Below are positions 8,181-16,984 of a stretch of 64,000 nt of DNA, piece by piece; position 1 is the first letter of the stretch, and every line of letters starts with the position of its first letter. The translations under genes were made by a program, and so were the position numbers. This DNA comes from Afipia sp. (GTDB taxonomy: Bacteria; Pseudomonadota; Alphaproteobacteria; Rhizobiales; Xanthobacteraceae): positions 10,844-74,843 of the forward strand of contig JAFVHU010000146.1 of the NCBI GenBank assembly GCA_017474385.1. The letters run 5' to 3'. Below the pieces are notes generated by a model, which did not search any database, was not told where the DNA came from, and saw nothing but the letters and a program-made list of their open reading frames with translations.

Positions 8181-9410
8181 TTACGCCAGTTCGCGGCGCT
8201 CGATCCGGACAACATTGTTCGCAGGAGGATTGATAATGCGAGCGACAAGAGCCGCCAGCTTCTTCAGGGCATGCGCCCGCTGCTCAATATAGTCGTGCCT
8301 ATCGTAGACACCCTCTACACCAATTATCTGATGCCCGAGGACGCGCTCGGAAATTTCGGATCGGACACCAGCGCGCGACATCAGCGACCGACCTGTGCGT
8401 CGCAAATCGTGCAATATCCACGGTGCCATATTGGGGATCGTCTCGCGCATGATTGCGTCGAGCGCATCCTTGTTCTGACCGAACGCCGAGAAGCTGCCGA
8501 AATCCTGACCGGGTCCATCGCGGCGACCCTCGCGGCTGGCTGGAAAAACATAAGGGCACTCATCGACAACAGGCTGAGCCTCGATGATGTCGCGGGTGAG
8601 TTTCGGTAACGTCAATTTTTCGCCGGTGCCTTTCTCACGGTGGGCGACCGCAATGGTCCAAACTCCGTCCTCGATGTCCGACCACTTCATTGTGCTGACC
8701 TTGGTTCGGCGTTGCGTCGTCAGCAACAGGGTCTTGGTCAGGGCACCGAAGACTCCGAGTTTGTCGCATGCCTCCCACATGGTGCGGATTTCAAGGTCGG
8801 TCAAAATCCGCTTGCGGCGACGTTCTGCAGGACGGGTACGTCGCATACCTCGCGCAATCGGCGAGTGATAGGCTTCGTCCCGAGCTTGATGCCAAAATGC
8901 GATCTGTCGAATAACGGCAAGAATTCCGTCGGCGGCACCGGCACCGCGTTCATCCTCGATCCGGTCCAGCAAGCGAACGATGTCGCCCCGCCTGACGCTG
9001 ACGAAGGGCCGGTCTCCGAATTCCAGGTTCAGGACGTTTTCGACGTACCGTCGGATTTGGCGAGCGGAGCGCAGACCGCGAGCATCGACGTTGCGCTGGA
9101 GGTAGCCCTCGGCAATCTCGCGAAAGGACGGTTCGGGCGGAACTGGCGGATTTTCGATGCGTTCCCGGGCGGCGGACTTCAACGCAGCGGCCTTAATCCG
9201 GGCGTTCTTCACATCGAGTTCCGGCCAACGACCGATGCCCTCGCTGCGTATCTTTCCACCGGAATTGCGAAAAACGACCCGCCAGACCTTTGAAGTCTTT
9301 CCGACACGAAGGACGAGGCGGCGTTCGACTGCGTCGTAGTAATCGACCGGACCTCTAGGCGACGGTTTGAGGGTGGACACCGAGAGTTCCGTCAGTCGCT
9401 TCGCTGGCAT
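8181..9410 (-). CDS. int: Tyrosine recombinase/integrase with N-terminal arm-binding domain
   Basis: Catalytic R (TTQRR), HDLRRT, LGH and VYDRH motifs. Confidence 0.95.
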   Translation of the reverse strand: MPAKRLTELSVSTLKPSPRGPVDYYDAVERRLVLRVGKTSKVWRVVFRNSGGKIRSEGIGRWPELDVKNARIKAAALKSAARERIENPPVPPEPSFREIAEGYLQRNVDARGLRSARQIRRYVENVLNLEFGDRPFVSVRRGDIVRLLDRIEDERGAGAADGILAVIRQIAFWHQARDEAYHSPIARGMRRTRPAERRRKRILTDLEIRTMWEACDKLGVFGALTKTLLLTTQRRTKVSTMKWSDIEDGVWTIAVAHREKGTGEKLTLPKLTRDIIEAQPVVDECPYVFPASREGRRDGPGQDFGSFSAFGQNKDALDAIMRETIPNMAPWILHDLRRTGRSLMSRAGVRSEISERVLGHQIIGVEGVYDRHDYIEQRAHALKKLAALVARIINPPANNVVRIERRELA

Positions 9411-9430
9411 TACGCGCCCCCACGCCGATT

Positions 9431-9578
9431 AGGTGCAAACGAGGTGCAAAACCACGCCTGCAACACGTTGAAACACGGCGCAACGTGCTGCACCGTGTAA
9501 GTAACTGAATTATATCAACTTTTCGGAGATTTGGGGCAGTATTTTCGACTGTTGCGAACGCTCTGCAACGCCATGCAC
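9431..9578. promoter_or_regulatory. att arm region (integrase arm / Xis / IHF site candidates)
   Basis: AGGTGCAAA direct repeat at 9431 and 9442, roughly 10-bp-periodic TGCAAC-like units, AT-rich TATCAACTTT. Confidence 0.5.
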
Positions 9579-9593
9579 TATGCGGAGGTCGCC

Positions 9594-9638
9594 CTTTTAA
9601 TCATGGGGTCGAGGGTTCGAGTCCCTCCGCGCTCACCA
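9594..9638 (+). tRNA. 3' fragment of tRNA-Lys(UUU), att site (attR); not an intact tRNA
   Basis: CTTTTAATCATGGGGTCGAGGGTTCGAGTCCCTCCGCGCTCACCA gives anticodon loop, T arm and CCA; no D arm or 5' acceptor strand upstream. Confidence 0.88.
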
Positions 9639-9749
9639 TGAAACCCTGTCGAATCATATTTCGTCCCAGTACAGTCGGCGAGCACGGCGCTTTTGCCGTG
9701 ACAGTGCCGCCGCGCGCGGCTGGCAAGGCAGCACGAAGGGCAAACGAGA

Positions 9750-9935
9750 ATGCACTACGTCGCCGGTCTCCTGGTTGCTCTATCCGGGCTCTTCTACGCG
9801 GCTGATCACAACCAGCTCGGCCGGTTTGGAAAGACGATGTGCAATTACGGCGACACGTTTTGCCAACACCCCGTTTATGTTCTGGTGGGGGCGGGAATAG
9901 CCGCAGCATGGGGCGCATTCGTCAGCATCAAGTAG
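9750..9935 (+). CDS. Small two-TM membrane protein with C-x6-C loop
   Basis: Two hydrophobic segments flank MCNYGDTFCQHP; similar protein at 60539. Confidence 0.75.
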   Translation: MHYVAGLLVALSGLFYAADHNQLGRFGKTMCNYGDTFCQHPVYVLVGAGIAAAWGAFVSIK

Positions 9936-9992
9936 TTGACGCCATTGCGGGCATCACGCGTGATAGCCTGCCTACGAACCGCGTCCCAGCAG

Positions 9993-12680
9993 TCAGTTGA
10001 TATCCGAACGGACGTCCGAGGTGACCGGTTGTTGAACCGTCATGTTCGTCGGCGTCGTTTCCCGGCGAAGACCGATCAATTCCGCTGCGCGCACCGTTGA
10101 CGAACTCCAGAAGCCGAAGGCGTTGATCCGCGAGTTCTCGAGGATAGCGATCGCGACGGCCGACAGGAACGGCAGGCTCTGGAGCACAAGCACGCCGGCG
10201 AAAATATTGATCTCGCGAACTTCCTTCTGGTTGAACGCAACCAGCACAATGGCGCCGATGATGAGGAGGATGCCGATCACGGCCTCCCAGAAAGCCTGGA
10301 ATTCCACCGACATCCGCGACAGGCCGCCCTTGGAGGTGCGCGCGAACGGGAGATGGTCTGTAATCAGGCCATTGGCGACGGCGCGAGAAACGGTCCATTG
10401 CACCGACATCGCCGCAACCATGGCGCCCAGCATCTGGCCGACCTTCACCGGAACGCGCAACCTGTAGAGCGTCAGGAAGTGCGCCAGCGACACGACGAAC
10501 GCCGCGATGATCGGCAGGGTTAGAATCTTGTCGGGAATCGCGATATCGGCGAACGAGACGATCGGCACCCAGATCAGGTTGAGGATCGCAACGACCACGC
10601 CGAGGCTTTCCGCGCCAAGCCAGTTCAGCCAGCCGAGCGCGAACTCGCGCTTCTGATCGGGTGAAAGCCTGCTCGCATTGGGCAGGAACCGCCGCCAGTG
10701 CTTCTTGACGATCTGGAAGCCGCCATAGGCCCAGCGGTGGCGCTGCTTCTTGAAGGCCTCGTAGGTGTCCGGCAGCAGGCCGTACCCGTAGCGTTTGTTG
10801 GTGTAGTGCGTGACCCAACCGTGTTCGATGACGGCGAGGCCCAGATCGGTATCTTCGCAGATGGTGTCGCCGGCCCAGCCGCCCGCCATGTCCATCGCCG
10901 CGCGGCGGATCAGGCACATCGTGCCATGGACGATGATGGCGTTGGCTTCGTTTCGCTGCACCATGCCGATGTCGAAGAAGCCGGCGTATTCGCCGTTCAT
11001 GATGTAGTGCATCAGCGAACGGTCGCCGTCGCGATGATCCTGAGGGGCCTGCACCAGCCCCACGCGTGGGTCGGCGAAAGCCGGGACGAGATCCTTGAGC
11101 CAGTCCGGCGTGACGACATAGTCGGCGTCGATGATGCCGATGATTTCAGCGTCGGCGGCGGTGCGCGCCATCGCGATCTTCAACGCGCCGGCCTTGAAGC
11201 CTTCGACCTTCTCGGCGTTGATGAAAATGAAGCGTTCGCCAAGCGCGCGGCAGTGATCCTGGATCGGCTGCCAGAAAGTCGGGTCGGGCGTGTTGTTGAT
11301 GATCACCACGCATTCGAAATTCGGATAGTCGAGCCGGGACAACGCATCGAGCGTGAGTTTCAACATCTCCGGCGGCTCGAAATACGCCGGCACGTGGATT
11401 GAGACCTTGGGCGCGTAGCTTTCGGACGGAGAGGGCACCGCCGCCGAGATCAGGCGCGTCGGCTTGCGTCCGAATGCGATGGTCGCGATCTCCTCGATCC
11501 GGGCCATCGCGATCAGGACAAGCGGCACCAGCAGGATGAGGCCCAAGGTCAGCGCGAAGGCGGACCCGAAGACGAAGTAGTGCGTGTTCCAGTAGGCAAA
11601 CACGGTTGCGAACCATGCGCCGACACCGTTCGCCGCAGCGGCCAGCACAGCCGCTTGCAGGACGGTGGGGTGGGCGAGCCGCAGGATCGGCAGCGACAGC
11701 AACACACCGACCAGCAGGGCGATGCCTGCTATTTTCCAGTAATCCGGATCAACAATGGGCCCGATCCAGGCGAACTTAGGTTCGCGTGATGCGTTAAGAA
11801 TGCCCCAGTAAGGTCCAACGCCACCTTCGAAAAACTTCCAAGGCTGATCGATCGCTTCGACGATGTTGTAGTCCATTCCGACGGCTTCGGCGCGCGTCAC
11901 GAAGTTACGCAGGACGGAGGCCTGCTCGAAGGGGCCGGGGAAGGCGTTCTTGAGATTGTAGCCGGCGCTCGGCCAGCCGAATTCGGCGATCACCACCCGC
12001 TTGCCGGGAAAGGTGTCGCGCAACAGGCCGTAGATATACATGGCCTGGTCGACGGCCTGCTTGTCAGTGAAGTTTTCCCAGTACGGCAGAATGTGTGCGG
12101 CAATGAAGTCTACCGACGATGCCAGCGAGGGGCGGCCTTCCCTGGCAGCCAGTTCGAGGTCGTCGCGCCAGATGTTCCAGATTTCACCAGTGGTCACTGG
12201 AACATTCGTCTGCCTTTTGACACGTTGGATTAACTCGATCAGGTCAGCGGCCTTCTGCTCGCCGCGATAGATGGTTTCGTTGCCGACCACGATGCCGATG
12301 ACGTTGCTGTTTCGTTTGGCGAGTTCGAGGGCGGCGGCGATCTCGCGTTCGTTTCGCTCGGCGTTCTTGTCGATCCAGGCGCCGACGGTGACCTTGAGAC
12401 CGAATTCATTGGCGATGGCGGGAACGAGTTCAACGCCGCCCGTCGACGAATACAGGCGGATCGCCTTGGTCAGCGGAACCAGCTTTTTCAGGTCGGCGCG
12501 AATCTTCTCGGCGCTCGGAATGTTGTCGACGTCCGGGTGTCCGGTTCCCTCGAACGGGGCGTAGGACACGCTCGGCAACATTCCGTTGAAGTCGGGGGCT
12601 TTCTGCTCATCCCTCAGCAAGCCCCAGATGGCCGCGTGGATAGCAGTAACGCAGAACAGGACAGCAACGATGGCGCGCAT
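9993..12680 (-). CDS. ndvB: Cyclic beta-(1,3)-glucan synthase (GH17 + GT2)
   Basis: GH17 VVGNE and IAEFGWPS; GT2 DADY, EDTD and QRHRW motifs; multiple TM segments. Confidence 0.9.
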   Translation of the reverse strand: MRAIVAVLFCVTAIHAAIWGLLRDEQKAPDFNGMLPSVSYAPFEGTGHPDVDNIPSAEKIRADLKKLVPLTKAIRLYSSTGGVELVPAIANEFGLKVTVGAWIDKNAERNEREIAAALELAKRNSNVIGIVVGNETIYRGEQKAADLIELIQRVKRQTNVPVTTGEIWNIWRDDLELAAREGRPSLASSVDFIAAHILPYWENFTDKQAVDQAMYIYGLLRDTFPGKRVVIAEFGWPSAGYNLKNAFPGPFEQASVLRNFVTRAEAVGMDYNIVEAIDQPWKFFEGGVGPYWGILNASREPKFAWIGPIVDPDYWKIAGIALLVGVLLSLPILRLAHPTVLQAAVLAAAANGVGAWFATVFAYWNTHYFVFGSAFALTLGLILLVPLVLIAMARIEEIATIAFGRKPTRLISAAVPSPSESYAPKVSIHVPAYFEPPEMLKLTLDALSRLDYPNFECVVIINNTPDPTFWQPIQDHCRALGERFIFINAEKVEGFKAGALKIAMARTAADAEIIGIIDADYVVTPDWLKDLVPAFADPRVGLVQAPQDHRDGDRSLMHYIMNGEYAGFFDIGMVQRNEANAIIVHGTMCLIRRAAMDMAGGWAGDTICEDTDLGLAVIEHGWVTHYTNKRYGYGLLPDTYEAFKKQRHRWAYGGFQIVKKHWRRFLPNASRLSPDQKREFALGWLNWLGAESLGVVVAILNLIWVPIVSFADIAIPDKILTLPIIAAFVVSLAHFLTLYRLRVPVKVGQMLGAMVAAMSVQWTVSRAVANGLITDHLPFARTSKGGLSRMSVEFQAFWEAVIGILLIIGAIVLVAFNQKEVREINIFAGVLVLQSLPFLSAVAIAILENSRINAFGFWSSSTVRAAELIGLRRETTPTNMTVQQPVTSDVRSDIN

Positions 12681-12879
12681 CAAGGAAAACCATACGGGGC
12701 CAAACGGGCAGGATCGCGAACCTGTCCCCTCGGTTCGGCAGCGTGTGTGGCAGCTTATCTATGCTGCGCGGCTTAACAACTCATATGGCGACATGGCCTT
12801 TTGAGGGCGTAGCCGAAACCGAATGAATACCCAATGAATAGGGGATCGGTTCGTTCCTGTTTCGCAAGCGCTGTGGTGC

Positions 12880-13434
12880 TTACTTGGCAGGTGCGGCCGG
12901 AGCTGGCGCAGCCGCAGGTGCTGGCGGTGTCGCTGCCGCAGCAGGGGCCGCCGGTGGTGGCGACGCAGCGGCTGCTTGTGGCTGGGAGGCAGGGTTGATC
13001 CAGCAGGCGTGAACCCGGCCGGTCAGGGTTTCGGCGACCTTGGGGTCGATGGTCGCGCCAAACCGCACCACACAGCGGAAGGTGGCCTGGATGTGGCCGC
13101 CGGGGCAGCCGAAGCGCTCGTAGAGGTCAAGATGGCGGAACGCCGTATCGAGGTCGTCGCGCCACATCAGGCTGACCACGCGGCGGCCAAGCCAGACGCA
13201 TTCCGGGTTTCCGGCGGGGCCGTTGATCGCCTGGGCCGCCTCGACGAACTCGTCGGCCTTACGCTTGCTTTCCTTGGCGGCGTCCGCTGGAGCCGCCTGT
13301 TTGGGGGCCGTGTCCTGGGCCCGGAGGTCACCGCTTTGAGCGATTGCGGCTCCGATCCCGACAAATAAAGCGATGGCCGGAACGGCTACTCGCTGAAAAA
13401 CCGCAACTCGAAACCCGGTACGAACCCGAAGCAT
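12880..13434 (-). CDS. ndvD: beta-1,3/1,6-glucan biosynthesis protein
   Basis: Signal peptide, NPECVWLGRRVVSLMWRDDLDTAFRHLDLY, located between ndvB and ndvC. Confidence 0.75.
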   Translation of the reverse strand: MLRVRTGFRVAVFQRVAVPAIALFVGIGAAIAQSGDLRAQDTAPKQAAPADAAKESKRKADEFVEAAQAINGPAGNPECVWLGRRVVSLMWRDDLDTAFRHLDLYERFGCPGGHIQATFRCVVRFGATIDPKVAETLTGRVHACWINPASQPQAAAASPPPAAPAAAATPPAPAAAPAPAAPAK

Positions 13435-13690
13435 GAAATCCCCGATTGATGGCGTGCAGACGGCCGCGCGCCGCGCCCACACAGATGCCCTGCTAATGCG
13501 GCAGAAGATTGCCTCTACCGCAACTGCCTGATTCACATGAAGGACATTTACGTTTTTGTCCAGCAAGGCGGAAGTTTGATGCGCTCTTGGTAAGGGTGTG
13601 CGACGAGAAGATCGGGGGCAGCCACGCGCAGGGGTCTTGGCAGACCGGCGGCGACCGGTTATCGACGTGCCTCCCTGGAGGACGGAACCC

Positions 13691-15313
13691 ATTTCCCTTC
13701 GTACGCCGCTGGCCCTTCTGGTCATATCCCTGAGCGCTATTGCCGCAGTTTGGTGGTGGTTAGCCACGCCGATCGTATTGGCGCGCGCGCCGATCGACCC
13801 TGCGGCGAAGCTTGAATGCGTGTCCTACGCGCCGTTCCGCGGGGGGCAAAACCCGCTCCAGCCCGGACTGGTGATCGCGCCGGAGCAAATGGCGCAGGAT
13901 CTGGCCCAACTGGCCAAGGTGACCGATTGCGTCCGTACCTATTCGGTCGGCAATGGTCTTGAGCGGGTTCCGGAGCTTGCCCAAAAAGCCGGGCTCAAGG
14001 TGATGCTCGGGATCTGGATCGGCACCAACCGCATCGACAACCGCGCGCAGATGGAAACCGCCATCGGGCTCGCCAAGCAATACCCCGGCGTTATCAGTGC
14101 GGTTATCGTCGGTAATGAGGTGCTTCTGCGCGGTGAGATGACCGCAGCCGACCTGACGGCGAATATTCGCTACGTCAAATCGAAAGTCGGCGCTCTCCAG
14201 GTCACCTATGCCGATGTGTGGGAATTCTGGCTCAAGAACCGCGACGTCTACGACGCCGTCGACTTCGTCACGATTCACATCCTTCCGTATTGGGAAGACT
14301 TCCCGATTCGCGCGCGCTATGCGGCGAACCACGTCGACACGATCCGCAAGCGGATGGCGGTTGCATTTCCGAACAAGGAAATCCTGATCGGCGAAACCGG
14401 CTGGCCAAGCGCGGGCCGCATGCGTGAAGGCGCGCTGCCGTCGCGGGCCAATCAAGCCCGGGTGGTGTCCGAAATCCTCCAGCTTGCCCGTCAGGAGAAA
14501 TTCCGGGTCAATCTGATCGAGGCCTATGACCAGCCCTGGAAGCGGATGTGGGAAGGCACTGTGGGAGGCCATTGGGGCCTGTTCGACGCCGACGGCGCCC
14601 GCGACCTGAAATACCCTGCGGGCGAACCGATCACCAATTTCCCGCGCGCAAAGATCTATGCCGGCGCCGGCATGATTTTCTCGGTGCTTGTGTTTGGCGT
14701 GGCACTGCTGACTCTGCGCCGCAGGCCCTGGTCGCCGCACTTGAGTTCGTGGCTCACTGTCGGGATCTGCGCCACGGCCGGCGGTGCGCTTCTCGGTGTG
14801 GCGTACGACAAGCTGATCGTCGAAAGCCTCGGTATCGGCGGCTGGACCGTCGGCATCCTGCTGTTCGGTGCTGCAGTGCTATCGCCGCTGGTCGTCGCCA
14901 ACACCGTGATGTACGGACGCAGTCTTCCGACATTCATGGAACTTATCGGGCCGCGAGAGTACCGCACGAGCTCACGCATGCAGACCATTCTCGGAATCGT
15001 GCTGCTGATCACGACGGTGCTGGCTACCCAGACCGCGCTCGGTTTCGTGTTCGATCCGCGCTACCGCGACTTCCAGTTCGCGGCATTGACCATGGCCGTT
15101 GTGCCGTTCGTACTGCTGACCGCGCTCAACAGGCCGGCAAAAGGCACGCGCCCGATTGCCGAATCCGTCTTTGCGGGCGCTCTCGCGCTCTCGGCAGTCT
15201 ACATCGGGTTCAACGAAGGGCCGGCGAACTGGCAGTCGCTATGGACCTGCGGATTGTATCTGCTTCTGGCGCTTACGCTGTCGCGGGCGCGGGTCGCGCA
15301 AACCCAAGAATAA
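13691..15313 (+). CDS. ndvC: GH17 beta-(1,6)-glucan synthesis protein; start uncertain
   Basis: IVGNEVLL and IGETGWPS GH17 motifs, C-terminal TMs; best RBS precedes ATT at 13691. Confidence 0.85.
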   Translation: MSLRTPLALLVISLSAIAAVWWWLATPIVLARAPIDPAAKLECVSYAPFRGGQNPLQPGLVIAPEQMAQDLAQLAKVTDCVRTYSVGNGLERVPELAQKAGLKVMLGIWIGTNRIDNRAQMETAIGLAKQYPGVISAVIVGNEVLLRGEMTAADLTANIRYVKSKVGALQVTYADVWEFWLKNRDVYDAVDFVTIHILPYWEDFPIRARYAANHVDTIRKRMAVAFPNKEILIGETGWPSAGRMREGALPSRANQARVVSEILQLARQEKFRVNLIEAYDQPWKRMWEGTVGGHWGLFDADGARDLKYPAGEPITNFPRAKIYAGAGMIFSVLVFGVALLTLRRRPWSPHLSSWLTVGICATAGGALLGVAYDKLIVESLGIGGWTVGILLFGAAVLSPLVVANTVMYGRSLPTFMELIGPREYRTSSRMQTILGIVLLITTVLATQTALGFVFDPRYRDFQFAALTMAVVPFVLLTALNRPAKGTRPIAESVFAGALALSAVYIGFNEGPANWQSLWTCGLYLLLALTLSRARVAQTQE

Positions 15314-15653
15314 GCAGCGCGATCGCGACACCCGACAGGCCGATATTGTAGAGCACGATCCCGAAACATACGGCGATCAGCCCGGCGGTGAGGGTGACGA
15401 TCGACGGCCGGATGAAGTGCAGGATCGCGATGACCAGCGCGGCTATTCCGAACACATAGTTCTTGAACAGATAGGTCATCGTCAGTCGAGTTTTACACAG
15501 CAAGGTTTGCAGACCGGCCTCGCATTCGAGCCGAACCTGCGCAAATTCGATGGCCATGTAACGCAGATAGAGTGCGTATCCGATGGTGAGAAATCCCACG
15601 ATCAGAATCCATTGCACCTGATAGGGGGTCAGTCTGAACGGCTCTTTTTTCAT
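15273..15653 (-). CDS. Hypothetical membrane protein
   Basis: Several TM segments, Cys pair in loop; convergent overlap with ndvC. Confidence 0.7.
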   Translation of the reverse strand: MKKEPFRLTPYQVQWILIVGFLTIGYALYLRYMAIEFAQVRLECEAGLQTLLCKTRLTMTYLFKNYVFGIAALVIAILHFIRPSIVTLTAGLIAVCFGIVLYNIGLSGVAIALLILGFARPAPATA

Positions 15654-15713
15654 GCGCAGAATATGGTTCGGAACGGATTGCGACACAACCCGGATGGCAC
15701 AAAAGTTGAGCGG

Positions 15714-16823
15714 TTATTTGTTACCGAAGAAGGAACTGAAGGCCGACGTCTTGGGCCGTTCTTCAACTGGCTCGCTGCGCTGTTTGCTCCGACGCTTCGA
15801 GCGATAACCTTGGCCTTCAGGCTTCTTTGCCTCCGGCTGCTTCTCGCTGATCATGCTGAGCCGCTGGCCTTCATACACCGAGGTCTCGCAGGCGCGGTTG
15901 CTCTCGGTGAGCACGCCCGCACAGACCTTCGCAGCTTCAGCCGCATCTGACAGCGGTCCGGCAACAAGCCGCAATTGCATTCCCAAGCCGTCGTGACGTT
16001 CCTTGACCACGATGATCGGTTGCAGCGATGCGAGCTGCTGTAAATTGCCCTTGGTCACACCGCGCCAAAGTGCGCGAAGACCTTCGATCGAATTGGCGCC
16101 GCCGAGATCGACGCCGAACTCCGTCTTGCGCACTATAGTTGCTGACGGCATCTCAACCGGTGCAGGGTTTTGCGGGGCGATAGCCGCGGTCACGGTCGGA
16201 GCGGGAGGTTGATCGGTCGCGGACGTCTCGGCTTTCTGCTCGGCCGGTTTGGCGGGCGGAGATGGTGATGCCGGCGCAGTGGCGACCGGTGCGATCTTTG
16301 GAAGCTGCGCCACGGGTTCGGCTTTCGCCTCGGCTGGTTTGACGGGTCCGATGGGATCAGCCTCAGCGGCGGGTGGAAGAACTGCCTGCGCAGGGGCCGC
16401 CGCCGCTGGTGACGCCGCAGGCGGTGAAGCCGGGGCAGGCCTCGCCAGCGCACCAGTCACTGAGTCCAGCCCCTGCTCAAGCACGGTCACGCGCGCGTAC
16501 AGGCGGTCGCGATCGCCGTTGAGCGTATCGACGGCCGCAGCCAATTCACGCGCCTTGTTCTGGCTTTCCTTTGCGATCCACTGAACCTGCTGGGATTGTC
16601 GCGCAAGTTCGGCAGATGCCAATTGATCGCGGTTAATCGCTGCCGGTGACCGCGTCGCGAGGATCGCAACGATCAGCGCTCCGACCGTGCCGACGCCCCA
16701 GGACGCCAGACGCCACATCGAACGCCCGTCGAGTTCATCCTCCTCCGCGAGAAAACGATTGATCCAGCCGGCACCGTCATCCTCCGTCAAATCGTCACGA
16801 AATTGGTTACGATCCTTGGCCAT
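15714..16823 (-). CDS. Membrane-anchored protein with coiled coil, Pro/Ala linker and SPOR-like C-terminal domain
   Basis: TM near residue 40; FGVDLGGANSIEGLRALW...LRLVAGPLSDAAEAAKVC. Confidence 0.75.
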   Translation of the reverse strand: MAKDRNQFRDDLTEDDGAGWINRFLAEEDELDGRSMWRLASWGVGTVGALIVAILATRSPAAINRDQLASAELARQSQQVQWIAKESQNKARELAAAVDTLNGDRDRLYARVTVLEQGLDSVTGALARPAPASPPAASPAAAAPAQAVLPPAAEADPIGPVKPAEAKAEPVAQLPKIAPVATAPASPSPPAKPAEQKAETSATDQPPAPTVTAAIAPQNPAPVEMPSATIVRKTEFGVDLGGANSIEGLRALWRGVTKGNLQQLASLQPIIVVKERHDGLGMQLRLVAGPLSDAAEAAKVCAGVLTESNRACETSVYEGQRLSMISEKQPEAKKPEGQGYRSKRRSKQRSEPVEERPKTSAFSSFFGNK

Positions 16824-16984
16824 GCGACTGTCGGGCCCTCCCGCGGCCCTGCGAATCATTGCGTAAAGATTAACAGAAGCTGGGGTCTATGCGCGCGGCG
16901 GGAATGTCCAAAACGCTTTTGTCCCTCGGCGCTCTCGGGTAAGACGGCCCCGGCGCGCCTTCGCGTGCGGTATAGGGAAAACGC

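Larger units (their letters stand above)
2340..9638 (-). mobile_element. Integrated phage-satellite-like element at tRNA-Lys; left end apparently deleted
   Basis: int-xis-rep-iterons-orf-orf-terS-terL-orf-orf all on the minus strand, atypical codon usage, bounded on the right by a tRNA 3' fragment. Confidence 0.8.

Noticed and set aside
9560-9638. Intact tRNA-Lys gene
   Set aside because: No D arm or complementary 5' acceptor strand; the GCGGAGG/CCTCCGC pairing does not give a cloverleaf
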